DNA of 64,000 bases from a bacterium HR21 (GTDB lineage: Bacteria; Bacteroidota; Ignavibacteria; Kapaibacteriales; HRBIN21), in assembly GCA_002898295.1 (NCBI GenBank), contig BEHX01000008.1:4506-68505 (forward strand), written 5' to 3'. This document shows positions 48,386-58,538 of this stretch, one piece after another. The notes under the pieces were generated by a model. It searched no databases. It worked only from the letters and a program-made list of their open reading frames with translations, and was not told the DNA's origin. Within the stretch, counting starts at the first letter, position 1. Each line of letters begins with the position of its first letter. The translations under genes were made by a program, and so were the position numbers.

Positions 48386-48802
48386 TCACGCCCTCTCCAG
48401 CAGTGGGAGCAGTTCCCGGCGCAGCCGCTCTACGAGCTCATCCCGAACGCGGCGGAACGCAGCAAGCCGCTCTTCCGGGTCCGTTACAACCCCGGGATCG
48501 GACAGGCTCCAGTGCATCATCCGTGGCGCGCCGGGAAAGACCGGGCACTGCTCCCGCGCCTGGTCGCAGACTGTGAGCACCACATCGAAGTGCTGCCCAG
48601 CGAATTCCTCGACAGACTTCGAGCGCAAGTCCTCGGTCGGTACCCCCAGCTCGTGCAGCACCGTGAAAACGTCCGGGTCCACCTCTGCGGGTTGGGTCCC
48701 AGCGCTGAACACCTCACACCGGCTGCCAGCAAGCCAGCGCAGGAGTGCTTCCGCCATCTGGGAGCGCCGGGCGTTATGGGTGCACAGGATCAGGATACGC
48801 AT
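48386..48802 (-). CDS. arsC: Arsenate reductase ArsC (LMW-PTP, thioredoxin type)
   Basis: LCTHNARRSQMAE, SAGT, VLTVCDQAREQCPVFPG, HWSLSDP, FRRVRDE. Confidence 0.85.
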   Translation of the reverse strand: MRILILCTHNARRSQMAEALLRWLAGSRCEVFSAGTQPAEVDPDVFTVLHELGVPTEDLRSKSVEEFAGQHFDVVLTVCDQAREQCPVFPGAPRMMHWSLSDPGVVTDPEERLAAFRRVRDELVERLRRELLPLLERA

Positions 48803-48804
48803 GG

Positions 48805-51800
48805 CTACCGCGTCCCCGGTCGGAGAGCCTCGTGGAGGAGTTCGAAGTAGCGTTCGATGAGCTGCTGGTAATCGGGACTGTATTTCTGCCGCAGCAGCTG
48901 CAAGAAATCCGGTGGGACCGGCGGGGGCTGTCCCTGTGGCAGCCGCAGGGCGGGCGGGCTCGGACGCACGACGTTCTGCCCCGGGCGCGATTCCCGCTGC
49001 GGTTCGTAATCCCGTTCGTAGAGCGAGCGCATCGCATCGAGCATGCGGGTCAGGATCCGGTGCTGGCGGCGCAGCGTCTCCGCGGTGAGCTTCCCGCTCT
49101 GGAGCTCTTCGACCACTTCGCGCATCTCCTCGGCAATGCGGCGCAGATCACCCAGGAGGCGTTCGCCGCCGAGCGTGCGCTGCTGATGGGAAAGCTCCTC
49201 CAAGGCACGCTGCACTTGCCCTTGCTGCGCTGCCAGGCGTGCCAGCTGTGCCTGTTGCTCTGGTGTGAGCCGCCCCTGGAAGAGCTGCTGCAGCGCGGCG
49301 GTGATTCCCTGTTGCTGGAGAGCCAATTGTTGCAATCGTTCCAGGAATCCGGCGGCGCCGGCTCCTTGTCCCATACCGGGGTTCGGGCAGGCACCGGAAC
49401 CTGCTGCCTGGAGGGCGGAGAGCGCATCTTGCAGCAAGAGGGTTGCGCGGTTGAGTGCCTCCATAGCTTGCTGCTGTGCCTGCGCTGCCGAGACGGGCTC
49501 TCGCTCCGAGAGCTGTTCCCGAGCCTGCTGCATGGAGCGCAGAGCAATGCCGAGTTCCCGCGCCATCTGCGGGGTAACGACGAAGGACTTCTGGGCAACG
49601 GTCATGACGCGCTCTGTCAGGGTTGCCACTGCGCGCCGCAACTGCTCCTGCTGTCGGGCAACGTCGGAGAGGCGTTGCAGCCCAGGCAGAGCGTTCCGGG
49701 TTGTGTTCCAGAGCTGCTCTTGCTGCTCGGAGAGCTCCAGTGCGTCGAGCACTGCCTTCTGCAGCTGGCGCTGGACCTCACGGGTGAGATTCCGCTGGAG
49801 CTCTTCCCAGAGCTGCTGGAGGGCACCGGCAGCGGAGCGCATCTGCGAGGCTGCTTGTCGCTGGAATTGCTGCGCCTGATGGAAGCTCCTCTGCTGGAGG
49901 TGCTGCCCGGCTTGCCGGAGGGCTTCCCCCGTTCGTGGATTGTCCATCTGCTGAGAAGCTCTCTGGAGTGCCTCCTGCGGAGCTTCCGGCATGACCTCGC
50001 GCAGGAGACGTTCCAGCTGCTGCCATTCCCCTTGCAGGCGCTCCCACTGCTGTTGGAGCTCCCTCTGGCGCTGCGCCAACTGTTCGTACTGCTCCGGTGT
50101 CTGCGCCCGCTCGGTCTCCCGGTGGAGCGCTTCCTGCTCTTCTGCCATGCGCTCCAGCTGCCGACGGAGAGCATCGAGCTTCTGCTCCGCCTGGAGGCGT
50201 TTCAGCAAACGGAGGGTGCGCTCCAGAGCTGCCCGAAACTCTTGCTCGTTGAAGCGGAAGTTCTGCAGCGCTTGGCGTAGCTGTTCCGGGCTCATCTGCT
50301 GCAGCGCCTGCTGCATCCGCTCCAGGAGCTGTTGGAGCTGAGGGGATTGAATCTCGCGGAGGAGCTGCTGCAGCTCGCGGTACTTCTGCACTGTCTCCGG
50401 CGAAATCGCTTGGAACTGCTCCAGCCTCTGGAGTGTCTCCTCTATCTCGCGTTGCACCTGCCCCAGGCGTTCCTGCAACTCCTGATGATGCTCAACGAGC
50501 ACCTGGAGCTGACGCTGCTGTTCCCACTGGGCTTCCTGCTGCCGCGCCGGTGGAGCACTGAGCTGCCGCTGAAGCTGCTCACTGCGACGGCGCAGCTCTT
50601 CGAGCTGACGGGCAGCCTCTTGCAGCTCCTGTACTGCCCGCTCTTGAGCTACCTCCGAACGCTGGAGGACCTGCTCCAGCGTGGGAAGCTGCACCGTAAG
50701 CTGGCGCGTCCGTGCCGATTTCGGTCCTGTAACCGCATCGTTATCCCATACCTCGACGAAGAACTCGTAGCGATCCCCCGGCGAGATCTTCACCGCCGTA
50801 AGGTCCCAGACGTACGGAACCTCTTGCGAAAGGAGCCGCGGCAGGAAAGGAATCGGGATGCTCCGGAACTCCCGGTGCACGGGCGCATACTGAGAAGCCA
50901 CCAGCCGGTAGAAGAGAAGCAGCCGAGAAAAGCCATAGTCATCGCTGATGAAGACCCGCAGTGGGAGAATCCCGCTTTCGGACAGCTCCACATCCTCCGT
51001 CGGCTCCAGGAGCATAATCTGCGGCGATGCATCCTCCTGCGCCACGAGACGATACTGGACAGGGAACGGATTCCGTTGCCCGTCGTGGTCTACTAGCTCC
51101 ACTGTCCAGCTGCCGGAGCTCTCCACACGAAAGCTCCCGGAAGCGGTGGCACCGGTCACGCGCAGCTCGGTGATGAGTGTGTCCGTCTGCTGTTGCTCAC
51201 TCTCCCCCTCTATCTCCACCCCACGGTCCGGGACGAAGACAACCCGGGCGGCACGCAATGGCTTGTTTGCCTCAACTGTTAGCCAGAGGAGCGAACCGAG
51301 CGGGGCGACAAGCTCCGACGAGCGGTCGTCGAAAGTAAAGGGCGCCAGGTGCGTGTAAGCAGGAGGCTCCACCTTTCCCCGCAGAGAACGGAGCAGCAGA
51401 GGCTCCAGCATGCGGATGGATCCCACCGGGCTGCTGACCTCCTGCCCCATCCAGTGGGCACGGGCGTAGAAGCGCAACGAGCTGCTGAGCTGCCCCAGCT
51501 CCGCAAGGAAGAGTCCTGGCGTATCTGCGTGCAACTCCCGCACGGACTGCTGCCCACCTTCGGGAATCAAGTGCAGGAAGACCTCTGCCGGCGGAATGCC
51601 CTCCGCACGGACAGTGATCGTCACCGGGGTACCGCGGGGCAGCGCTACGTCCTGAGGCTCTATCCGGAGAGTGAATGGGGGCGGCGGGACAAACGAGCGA
51701 TGCCATTCCACGAGCCGCTGCAGTGCTGCTCTGAGGGGATCAACGGCACCGAGGAGAGCACCTGAAAGTCCCAGCACTGCCAGCAGGAGCAGCACTGCTC

Positions 51801-52278
51801 GGCGTACCCGCCGGCGGTCCAAAAGAACGTCGAAATCCAGATTCTCCGCCTGGCGAGCAACGTGGACAAAGGCAGCCAGCGCCAATTCCCGCGAGACACC
51901 CTGCTGCCGGTCAAGAGTCCCGACGAGCTGCAGGACATTGCAGAGCATATCCCCCAGCTGGGGATAATAGCGTCCGAGGCGGAGCGCCAGCTGCTCCAGG
52001 GGCTCTCGTGCAGCGATCCCAAGGAGACGCAACAGGCTCGGCACCGCTGCTGCCAGCACCAGCCCCGCAGTCAGTATCAACCATCCGTACCAGAGAAACA
52101 TTCGCACCGAAGAGCTGGCAAAAAGCAGCGCTTCTGTGGTTGCCACAAGCACCAGTGCGAGCAGTGCCCCCGCCACCGCCCATGCCTCTGCGTGGAGCAG
52201 CTTCAACAGCAGCTCCCGCTGCTGTGTCCGCAGGAGACGCTGCCGCAATGCGCGATACACAAGCTGATACTCCGCCAT
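48805..52278 (-). CDS. DUF4175-like membrane-anchored long coiled-coil protein
   Basis: 3 N-terminal TMs, Ig-like region with PPAYT and SDDYG, WDNDAVTGPK, Q/E-rich coiled coil, RQHRILTRMLDA, C-terminal YQQLIERYF. Confidence 0.8.
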   Translation of the reverse strand: MAEYQLVYRALRQRLLRTQQRELLLKLLHAEAWAVAGALLALVLVATTEALLFASSSVRMFLWYGWLILTAGLVLAAAVPSLLRLLGIAAREPLEQLALRLGRYYPQLGDMLCNVLQLVGTLDRQQGVSRELALAAFVHVARQAENLDFDVLLDRRRVRRAVLLLLAVLGLSGALLGAVDPLRAALQRLVEWHRSFVPPPPFTLRIEPQDVALPRGTPVTITVRAEGIPPAEVFLHLIPEGGQQSVRELHADTPGLFLAELGQLSSSLRFYARAHWMGQEVSSPVGSIRMLEPLLLRSLRGKVEPPAYTHLAPFTFDDRSSELVAPLGSLLWLTVEANKPLRAARVVFVPDRGVEIEGESEQQQTDTLITELRVTGATASGSFRVESSGSWTVELVDHDGQRNPFPVQYRLVAQEDASPQIMLLEPTEDVELSESGILPLRVFISDDYGFSRLLLFYRLVASQYAPVHREFRSIPIPFLPRLLSQEVPYVWDLTAVKISPGDRYEFFVEVWDNDAVTGPKSARTRQLTVQLPTLEQVLQRSEVAQERAVQELQEAARQLEELRRRSEQLQRQLSAPPARQQEAQWEQQRQLQVLVEHHQELQERLGQVQREIEETLQRLEQFQAISPETVQKYRELQQLLREIQSPQLQQLLERMQQALQQMSPEQLRQALQNFRFNEQEFRAALERTLRLLKRLQAEQKLDALRRQLERMAEEQEALHRETERAQTPEQYEQLAQRQRELQQQWERLQGEWQQLERLLREVMPEAPQEALQRASQQMDNPRTGEALRQAGQHLQQRSFHQAQQFQRQAASQMRSAAGALQQLWEELQRNLTREVQRQLQKAVLDALELSEQQEQLWNTTRNALPGLQRLSDVARQQEQLRRAVATLTERVMTVAQKSFVVTPQMARELGIALRSMQQAREQLSEREPVSAAQAQQQAMEALNRATLLLQDALSALQAAGSGACPNPGMGQGAGAAGFLERLQQLALQQQGITAALQQLFQGRLTPEQQAQLARLAAQQGQVQRALEELSHQQRTLGGERLLGDLRRIAEEMREVVEELQSGKLTAETLRRQHRILTRMLDAMRSLYERDYEPQRESRPGQNVVRPSPPALRLPQGQPPPVPPDFLQLLRQKYSPDYQQLIERYFELLHEALRPGTR

Positions 52279-52402
52279 TGCTGTCCCAACGGTGTGGGCA
52301 CACAGACGTAGAAGCTGCCACCGAGGTGTGCCCACTCCACGAAGCTGCTCGTGGCATCGTCATTCTGTCCAGTGGTGTGTCTCTCTGCAGGGTTTCAAGC
52401 TC

Positions 52403-52837
52403 ATGTGGGATCTGTTCGCTGAGCAGATTCGCCGGGAAGTTCGCCAGCTGGGTTTCGAAGAGCTCCGAACGCCGGAGGAAGTTGACGCCGCCGTTCAGCG
52501 CCCAGGGACGCTGCTGGTTTTTGTCAACTCCATGTGCGGTTGCTCTGGCGGAATTGCCCGACCGGCCGTTGCCTTGGCGCTCCGGAATGCCCGAGTTCGC
52601 CCAGATTGCCTGCTGACGGTCTTTGCCGGCTACGACCGCGAAGCCACCGCCCGCATGCGGGAGTACTTCGTCGGGCAGCCGCCTTCGTCACCGGCATTCG
52701 CCCTCCTACGGGATGGGAAGCTCCTGGCAATGCTCCACCGGGAGGATATCCAGGGACGAACGCCGGAGGTAGTAGCGGCATTGCTGCAAGAACTCTTTGA
52801 ACGCCACTGCACCGTTCCGGAACCTTCCCAGCCGTGA
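52403..52837 (+). CDS. brxA: BrxA/BrxB family bacilliredoxin
   Basis: VNSMCGCSGGIARP (CGC motif), TVFAGYDREATARMREYF, PPSSPAFAL, REDIQGR. Confidence 0.88.
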   Translation: MWDLFAEQIRREVRQLGFEELRTPEEVDAAVQRPGTLLVFVNSMCGCSGGIARPAVALALRNARVRPDCLLTVFAGYDREATARMREYFVGQPPSSPAFALLRDGKLLAMLHREDIQGRTPEVVAALLQELFERHCTVPEPSQP

Positions 52838-54075
52838 TGGCGGAGGAGCGAGCCCCATTCCTGTGGCTGCTGTTCCTGCTGGCAGCCACCGCGCTGACGG
52901 CGTTCCTCGTGCTAACGGGGCTTGCCACCGCTCCGCTCGTCCTGCTCCTGCTGGGGATTGCGCTCGTGTATCCGTATCGGCACCGAGCGCCGACAGCTCG
53001 CCACCTCCTGTGGCTCTTCGTGCTTGCCTTTGTCCTGTGGCTCGTACGAGAAGCCGGCTTGCTCTTACTTCCCTTTGTTCTCGCCGTACTGGCAGGCTAC
53101 CTGTTTGACCCTTGGCTGGAATGGTTGCAGCGGCGGGGTATCCCGCGCTGGCTCAGCGCTTTGGGCATCGTCATCGCGCTACTTGGGCTTGCAACGCTGC
53201 TGTCTGTGCTTATCTTCCCAGTTGTCTTCACGCAGTTGGACACTCTGGTCAAACAGCTCTCGAACCTCTACAGCACCGCCGCCTCGTATCTGGAAAGCCG
53301 GCGTTTCTTCCGCAGCCTGGCGCGCTACGGGATTCCGCCTGAGCTGGCGCAGAAGCTCTTCCAACAGGAAGTGCTCCCCCGCCTGGAGCAGGCCTTTCAG
53401 GCACTGATGAGTTCCCTGCTGACCGTGCTGGCAGGGCTTTCCCGAGTTCTGACCCACGTGGTCAACCTCCTGCTGCTGCCCATTGTGATATTCTACCTCC
53501 TGAAGGACTTCCCGAAGCTGCGTGCGCTCCTTGTGGAAGTGCTCTCCCGGCAGGCGCCGAAGGCGCTAACCATCGTGCGCCAGGCAAACCCGATCGTGCG
53601 GACTTACCTGGGCTGGATCCTGTTCATCTCCACCCTCATCGGGATACTCTCGGGCACTCTCTACGTGCTGTTCGACATCCCTTACGGACTCATGCTCGGT
53701 TTGCTCAGCGGCATACTCAATCCGATCCCGTACTTCGGGATTCTCATCGTCATGGGTGCTGGCGCCATTGCGATTGTGCTTGGGCAATCGGCGAACTTCC
53801 TGCGGGACTTCCTCCTCTTCGCGCTCATCATCAACGGGCTGCACTTCCTGAATGCGTACGTGGTCGAGCCGCGTGTGCTCGGCACTCGGATTGGGGTCCA
53901 TCCCGTTGTGCTGATCCTCTCGCTCCTCCTCTTCGGCTCGATTCTGGGATTTGTCGGACTCCTCATCGCTGTTCCCACCACTGCTGTTGCTGCTCTGCTT
54001 TTCGAGCAGTGGCGTGCAAGCGCTCGTGTCTTACCAGCCCTGGATGTCTCCTCGCCAGCGGAGCAAAAACGATGA
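52837..54075 (+). CDS. AI-2E family transporter
   Basis: LLPFVLA..GYLFDP, FYLLKD, NPIPYFG, EPRVLG..GVHPV, GLLIAVP. Confidence 0.9.
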   Translation: MAEERAPFLWLLFLLAATALTAFLVLTGLATAPLVLLLLGIALVYPYRHRAPTARHLLWLFVLAFVLWLVREAGLLLLPFVLAVLAGYLFDPWLEWLQRRGIPRWLSALGIVIALLGLATLLSVLIFPVVFTQLDTLVKQLSNLYSTAASYLESRRFFRSLARYGIPPELAQKLFQQEVLPRLEQAFQALMSSLLTVLAGLSRVLTHVVNLLLLPIVIFYLLKDFPKLRALLVEVLSRQAPKALTIVRQANPIVRTYLGWILFISTLIGILSGTLYVLFDIPYGLMLGLLSGILNPIPYFGILIVMGAGAIAIVLGQSANFLRDFLLFALIINGLHFLNAYVVEPRVLGTRIGVHPVVLILSLLLFGSILGFVGLLIAVPTTAVAALLFEQWRASARVLPALDVSSPAEQKR

Positions 54076-54752
54076 GTGCGGAAGAGCTCGCCGCCGTCAT
54101 TGACCACACGCTCCTGAAGCCCACGGCAACGGCTGCCGATATCGAGCGCCTCTGCAGCGAAGCTCTCCAGTGGGGATGCGCCAGCGTGTGCGTATTGCCA
54201 TACTTCGTGCCACTTGCTTACCGTCTCCTGCGGGGAAGCCGGGTTGCAGTCTGCACCGTCATTGGCTTTCCGCTCGGGGGCACGACACGGCGGACAAAAC
54301 TCACGGAAGCCGAGGAAGCAGTCATGCTTGGGGCACGGGAGCTCGATATGGTCATCAATCTCCCCGCCTTCCTCAGTGGGGAAGAAAACGAAGTCGAGCG
54401 CGAGATTGCCACCGTGGCAGCCGTCGCACACCGCCGAGGTGCGCTGCTCAAAGTCATCCTCGAATGTGGGCTGCTCACTCCGGAGCAAGCACGCCGCGCC
54501 GCCGAGCTAGCAGCCCGGGCAGGAGCGGATTTCCTGAAAACCTCTACTGGCTTCCTCTCCCGAGGCGCAACGGTAGATGACGTCCGGCTCCTCCGTACCA
54601 CCGTCCCCGCACACGTCCAGATCAAAGCTGCTGGGGGGATTCGGACCTACGACCAGGCACGGGAACTCCTGCAGGCGGGTGCCACACGCCTTGGGACGAG
54701 TGCAACAGCGGCACTCCTGGAAGAGGCACGCCGGCGTGTTACCATTTCGTAA
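54072..54752 (+). CDS. deoC: Deoxyribose-phosphate aldolase
   Basis: IDHTLLKP, VCTVIGFPLG, ELDMVIN, KVILE, FLKTSTGF, KAAGGIR, RLGTS. Confidence 0.96.
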   Translation: MSAEELAAVIDHTLLKPTATAADIERLCSEALQWGCASVCVLPYFVPLAYRLLRGSRVAVCTVIGFPLGGTTRRTKLTEAEEAVMLGARELDMVINLPAFLSGEENEVEREIATVAAVAHRRGALLKVILECGLLTPEQARRAAELAARAGADFLKTSTGFLSRGATVDDVRLLRTTVPAHVQIKAAGGIRTYDQARELLQAGATRLGTSATAALLEEARRRVTIS

Positions 54753-54787
54753 TCCCCCATCTCTCCCCCGGACCTCCGCCCGGTCCC

Positions 54788-54795
54788 TAAGTTTG
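54788..54795 (+). promoter_or_regulatory. TAnnTTTG promoter element TAAGTTTG
   Basis: Consensus match upstream of pstS. Confidence 0.5.
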
Positions 54796-54827
54796 CGTTC
54801 CGGTGTCCGACCACATTCAGTCTTGTC

Positions 54828-55679
54828 ATGCGCCGATTCCTCCTCGGTGGAGTGCTCGCGGTGATCGCTCTCCTGACGCTCGCAGCACTCCAGCAGCAGA
54901 CTATCACAATCAAAGGCTCCGACACAATGGTCATCCTCTGCCAACGGTGGACGGAGCTTTACCCGAACCGGGGGCGCGTTCGGTTCCAGGTCACTGGAGG
55001 GGGTTCGGGGACGGGAATCGCCGCCCTCATCAATGGGACAACCGATATCTGCGCCTCCTCTCGTCCGCTGCGTCCAGCCGAGATTGAGCAGCTCCAGCGG
55101 AGGTACGGTAGCCGCGGGGTTGAGGTCCGTGTTGCCCGCGACGGGCTTGCCGTCTACGTCAACCGAAATAACCCGGTCAACAAGCTCACGCTGCAGCAGC
55201 TGCAGGACATCTTCACCGGCAAAATCACCAACTGGAAGCAGGTCGGTGGACCCGACGCCCGCATCATCGTCTACAGCCGTGAGAACAACTCAGGCACGTA
55301 CGAGTTCTTCAAAGACCATGTGCTGCAGGGCAAAGACTTCGCGCCGCAGGTCCAGCACATGCCCGGTACTGCCGCTCTGGTCAATGCTATCGCGAAAGAC
55401 CGCTGGGGCATCGGGTACGGTGGCGCCGCCTATGCGAAGGAGGTCAAGGAAGTGGCTGTTGCCGCAGCTCCGGGGAAGCCGTACTATTTGCCGACATTGG
55501 AGAATGTCGTCTCCGGTCGCTACCCGATCAGCCGCTTCCTCTACTTCTACTTGCGGGAGCGCCCTCGCGGCGAAGTGAAAGCCTTCATAGACTGGGTGCT
55601 CAGCGATGAAGGACAGCGCGTCGTCACCGACGTCGGCTACTTCCCCATCCGCCCTCCAGCAGGCAGCTCGAAACGGTGA
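54828..55679 (+). CDS. pstS: Phosphate ABC transporter substrate-binding protein
   Basis: IKGSDT, GGGSGTG, SSR, RENNSGTY, YPISRFLY. Confidence 0.95.
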   Translation: MRRFLLGGVLAVIALLTLAALQQQTITIKGSDTMVILCQRWTELYPNRGRVRFQVTGGGSGTGIAALINGTTDICASSRPLRPAEIEQLQRRYGSRGVEVRVARDGLAVYVNRNNPVNKLTLQQLQDIFTGKITNWKQVGGPDARIIVYSRENNSGTYEFFKDHVLQGKDFAPQVQHMPGTAALVNAIAKDRWGIGYGGAAYAKEVKEVAVAAAPGKPYYLPTLENVVSGRYPISRFLYFYLRERPRGEVKAFIDWVLSDEGQRVVTDVGYFPIRPPAGSSKR

Positions 55680-56802
55680 GGAAGCCGGCTTCCAGGGCGT
55701 TCCCCATAACCCGTTTCGGCGTTCTCGGCGTTCGCGCTGGGGGGAAACGCTCATAGAGAACCTGGTCCGCGTCATTGCCTTCAGTGCGATCGCCCTCATC
55801 GTTTTGATTTTCCTCTTCATTGCTCGCGAGGCACTCGGGATTTTCACAGCAGCTGATACTGCGGTGGGCTCACAGCCGGCGGCGACCTCCGAGCTCTCCC
55901 CGGAGCTCTATGGAACGGAGAGCGAATCCGCAGCCCCTGAAGTGTACAATCCCGATGTGGACTTCCCGGAGCCAGAAGCTCCTGCAGGTCCAGCTGAACG
56001 CCCGGTAGCGGAGCCCGGGCAAGGCACGCCGCCTCTGCTGGCCAACCTCCTGAGCACTACTTGGCAGCCTGTCTCCAGCCAGCCGAAGTACGGTATCCTG
56101 CCGCTCCTTGTTGGGACACTCAAAATCGCGCTGCTCGCCATTCTGTTGGCTGCTCCGATAGGAATTCTGGCTGCCATCTATGCCGCATTCTTTGCTCCCC
56201 GGTGGTTTCGGGAGTTTCTCAAGCCGCTCATTGAGCTGCTGGCGGGCTTCCCGTCGGTGGTCATCGGATTTTTCTGTCTGATGGTGCTCGCCAGCATCGT
56301 CCAGGAGTCTCTCGGCACAACCTTTCGGCTCAACGCCTTGGTCGGGAGCCTCGGGGTAGCCATCGCCATTATACCGATTGTCTTCACTATCGCGGAGGAC
56401 AGCCTCAGCCGTCTGCCCCGTGTTCTCTGGGAAGCCGGCTTAGCTTTGGGGGCGCAGCCTTGGCAGGTTGTCTTCCGTATCCTGGTGCCTGCTGCTACGC
56501 CAGGGCTTTTTGCCGCCGTGCTGCTGGGCTTCGGACGCGCCTTCGGCGAGACAATGATCGTTCTGATGGCAAGCGGCAATGCTCCGCTGTTATCGTGGAG
56601 TCCGGTCGAGCCAGTGCGCACGCTTTCCGCCACTATCGGCTCGGAAATGGGCGAGGTCGTCTGGGGATCTCTCCACTACAGCGTGCTGTTCCTCCTTGGA
56701 CTGTTGCTCTTTGTGGGGACTTTTCTGCTGAACGTAATTGCGGAATTCTGGGTTCGCCGGCGTCTCCTGCGTCGTTTCCAGGGTACGACAGCGGCTCTGT
56801 AG
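55606..56802 (+). CDS. pstC: Phosphate ABC transporter permease PstC (start uncertain)
   Basis: YGILPLLVGT, ELLAGFPSVVIG, GRAFGETMIVLM..GN; only in-frame ATG overlaps pstS by 74 nt. Confidence 0.9.
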   Translation: MKDSASSPTSATSPSALQQAARNGEEAGFQGVPHNPFRRSRRSRWGETLIENLVRVIAFSAIALIVLIFLFIAREALGIFTAADTAVGSQPAATSELSPELYGTESESAAPEVYNPDVDFPEPEAPAGPAERPVAEPGQGTPPLLANLLSTTWQPVSSQPKYGILPLLVGTLKIALLAILLAAPIGILAAIYAAFFAPRWFREFLKPLIELLAGFPSVVIGFFCLMVLASIVQESLGTTFRLNALVGSLGVAIAIIPIVFTIAEDSLSRLPRVLWEAGLALGAQPWQVVFRILVPAATPGLFAAVLLGFGRAFGETMIVLMASGNAPLLSWSPVEPVRTLSATIGSEMGEVVWGSLHYSVLFLLGLLLFVGTFLLNVIAEFWVRRRLLRRFQGTTAAL

Positions 56803-56806
56803 CCCG

Positions 56807-57727
56807 ATGGGTAGAGGCTCGTACGGGTTCCGGAAAGAGTGGAGCTGGTACACGCTGGTGGGCGTTGCTGCCATCAGCATGACGGCTTTGGCAGCGCTGG
56901 CTATCGTCGGGCTGACGCTCAGTCTGCTGGGGCATTTCACGCTCGAAGGGCTACCCCACGTGACGTGGGAGTTCCTGACGCAGCCACCGCGGAACAACAA
57001 CACCGAGGGGGGCATCTTTCCTGCCATCTACGGGACGGTGCTGCTTGTCGTGCTGATGTCTCTGATGGGGGTACCGATCGGCACAGCAACCGCGCTCTAT
57101 CTCTCGGAGTATGCCCGGGAGGATTCGGCGCTGACCCGGTGGGTGCGGTTCGGGGTCAACACGCTGGCAGGTGTGCCCGCGATTGTCTTCGGGCTTTTCG
57201 GGCTGGGGTTTTTCGTGCAGTTTCTCGGCAAAGGCATTGACCGCATCTTCGGTCTGGAGCTCGTCTGGGGGAAGCCTGCCATTATTTGGGCAGCTGCAAC
57301 GATGGCCGTGCTGACCCTCCCGGTGGTCATTGTCTCGGTAGAGGAAGCGCTCCGCAGTGTCCCGCGACACCTCCGCGAAGCTGCCTTTGCACTGGGCGCA
57401 ACACGCTGGCAGACGATCTGGCACGTTGTGCTCCCCCGGGCATTGACGGGGATTTTGACGGGCTCCATTCTGGCTGTCAGTCGCGGTGCCGGCGAGGTTG
57501 CCCCGATCCTCTTCTTGGGGGTGGCGTATTCTCTGCCCGAGTTACCCAAGGGACTCACCAGCCAGTTCATGGAGCTGGGCTACCATCTCTATGTGCTCTC
57601 CACGCAATCACCCGATGTGGAGACAACCCGACCGCTGCAGTACGCCACCACGCTCGTGCTGCTCTTGACCACCTTTGCCCTCAACTTATCCGCTGTCCTC
57701 CTACGTCTTAGGCTACGCCGAGGATAA
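56807..57727 (+). CDS. pstA: Phosphate ABC transporter permease PstA
   Basis: GGIFPAIYGT, YLSEY, LAGVPAIVFGLFG, REAAFALGATRWQ, GEVAP. Confidence 0.95.
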   Translation: MGRGSYGFRKEWSWYTLVGVAAISMTALAALAIVGLTLSLLGHFTLEGLPHVTWEFLTQPPRNNNTEGGIFPAIYGTVLLVVLMSLMGVPIGTATALYLSEYAREDSALTRWVRFGVNTLAGVPAIVFGLFGLGFFVQFLGKGIDRIFGLELVWGKPAIIWAAATMAVLTLPVVIVSVEEALRSVPRHLREAAFALGATRWQTIWHVVLPRALTGILTGSILAVSRGAGEVAPILFLGVAYSLPELPKGLTSQFMELGYHLYVLSTQSPDVETTRPLQYATTLVLLLTTFALNLSAVLLRLRLRRG

Positions 57728-57742
57728 GGGGCTGCAAACGGC

Positions 57743-58516
57743 ATGGCACCCGCGAGCCCGTTGCAGGTCAAAATCCGCACCATCGAGCTCAACGTCTACT
57801 ACGGCTACAAGCATGCCCTGCAAGACGTCACGGTCGACATCTACGCCAACCGCGTGACGGCCTTTATTGGACCTTCCGGATGCGGGAAATCTACCTTCCT
57901 GCGGGCACTCAACCGCATGAACGAGCTCATCCCCAGCGCTCGCACCACGGGGCGGGTAGAAATCGACGGTATCAACATCTACGACCCCGAGGTGGACGTC
58001 GTGCAGGTACGCCGCCGGATCGGAATGGTCTTCCAGCAGTGGGTGCCATTCCCGAAATCCATCTACGAGAACATCGCCTTCGGACTGCGTCTCAACGGGA
58101 AGCCCTCGAAAGCGGAACTCGATGCCGTTGTCGAGCACAGCCTGCGCCGCGCTGCTCTCTGGGACGAAGTCAAAGATCGGCTCCAGCACTCGGCACTGGA
58201 GCTCTCCGGCGGGCAGCAACAGCGGCTCTGCATTGCGCGAGCCCTCGCGGTCAACCCGGAGGTCCTCCTCATGGACGAGCCGTGTTCCGCACTGGACCCG
58301 ATCAGCACCGCCAAAATCGAGGAGCTCATCGAGGAACTCAAACACGACTACACCATCGTCATCGTCACGCACAACATCCAGCAGGCAGCCCGCATCAGCG
58401 ATTACACGGGCTTCTTCTACCTGGGACGCCTGGTCGAGTACAACCGCACCCGAGAGCTCTTCACAAACCCGCAGAAGCGGGAAACTGAACAGTACATCAC
58501 TGGTCGCTTTGGCTGA
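57743..58516 (+). CDS. pstB: Phosphate ABC transporter ATP-binding protein
   Basis: [45 protein letters not shown]. Confidence 0.96.
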   Translation: MAPASPLQVKIRTIELNVYYGYKHALQDVTVDIYANRVTAFIGPSGCGKSTFLRALNRMNELIPSARTTGRVEIDGINIYDPEVDVVQVRRRIGMVFQQWVPFPKSIYENIAFGLRLNGKPSKAELDAVVEHSLRRAALWDEVKDRLQHSALELSGGQQQRLCIARALAVNPEVLLMDEPCSALDPISTAKIEELIEELKHDYTIVIVTHNIQQAARISDYTGFFYLGRLVEYNRTRELFTNPQKRETEQYITGRFG

Positions 58517-58538
58517 GTTCTACCAACAGCTCATCCCC

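Noticed and set aside
48745-50280. 511-aa plus-strand ORF antisense to the DUF4175 gene
   Set aside because: Shadow of CAG/CTG/GAG-rich coiled-coil codons; no recognisable motifs
54753-54827. Pho box upstream of pstS
   Set aside because: Only a single TTGTCAT overlapping the start codon; no 11-bp-periodic tandem repeat
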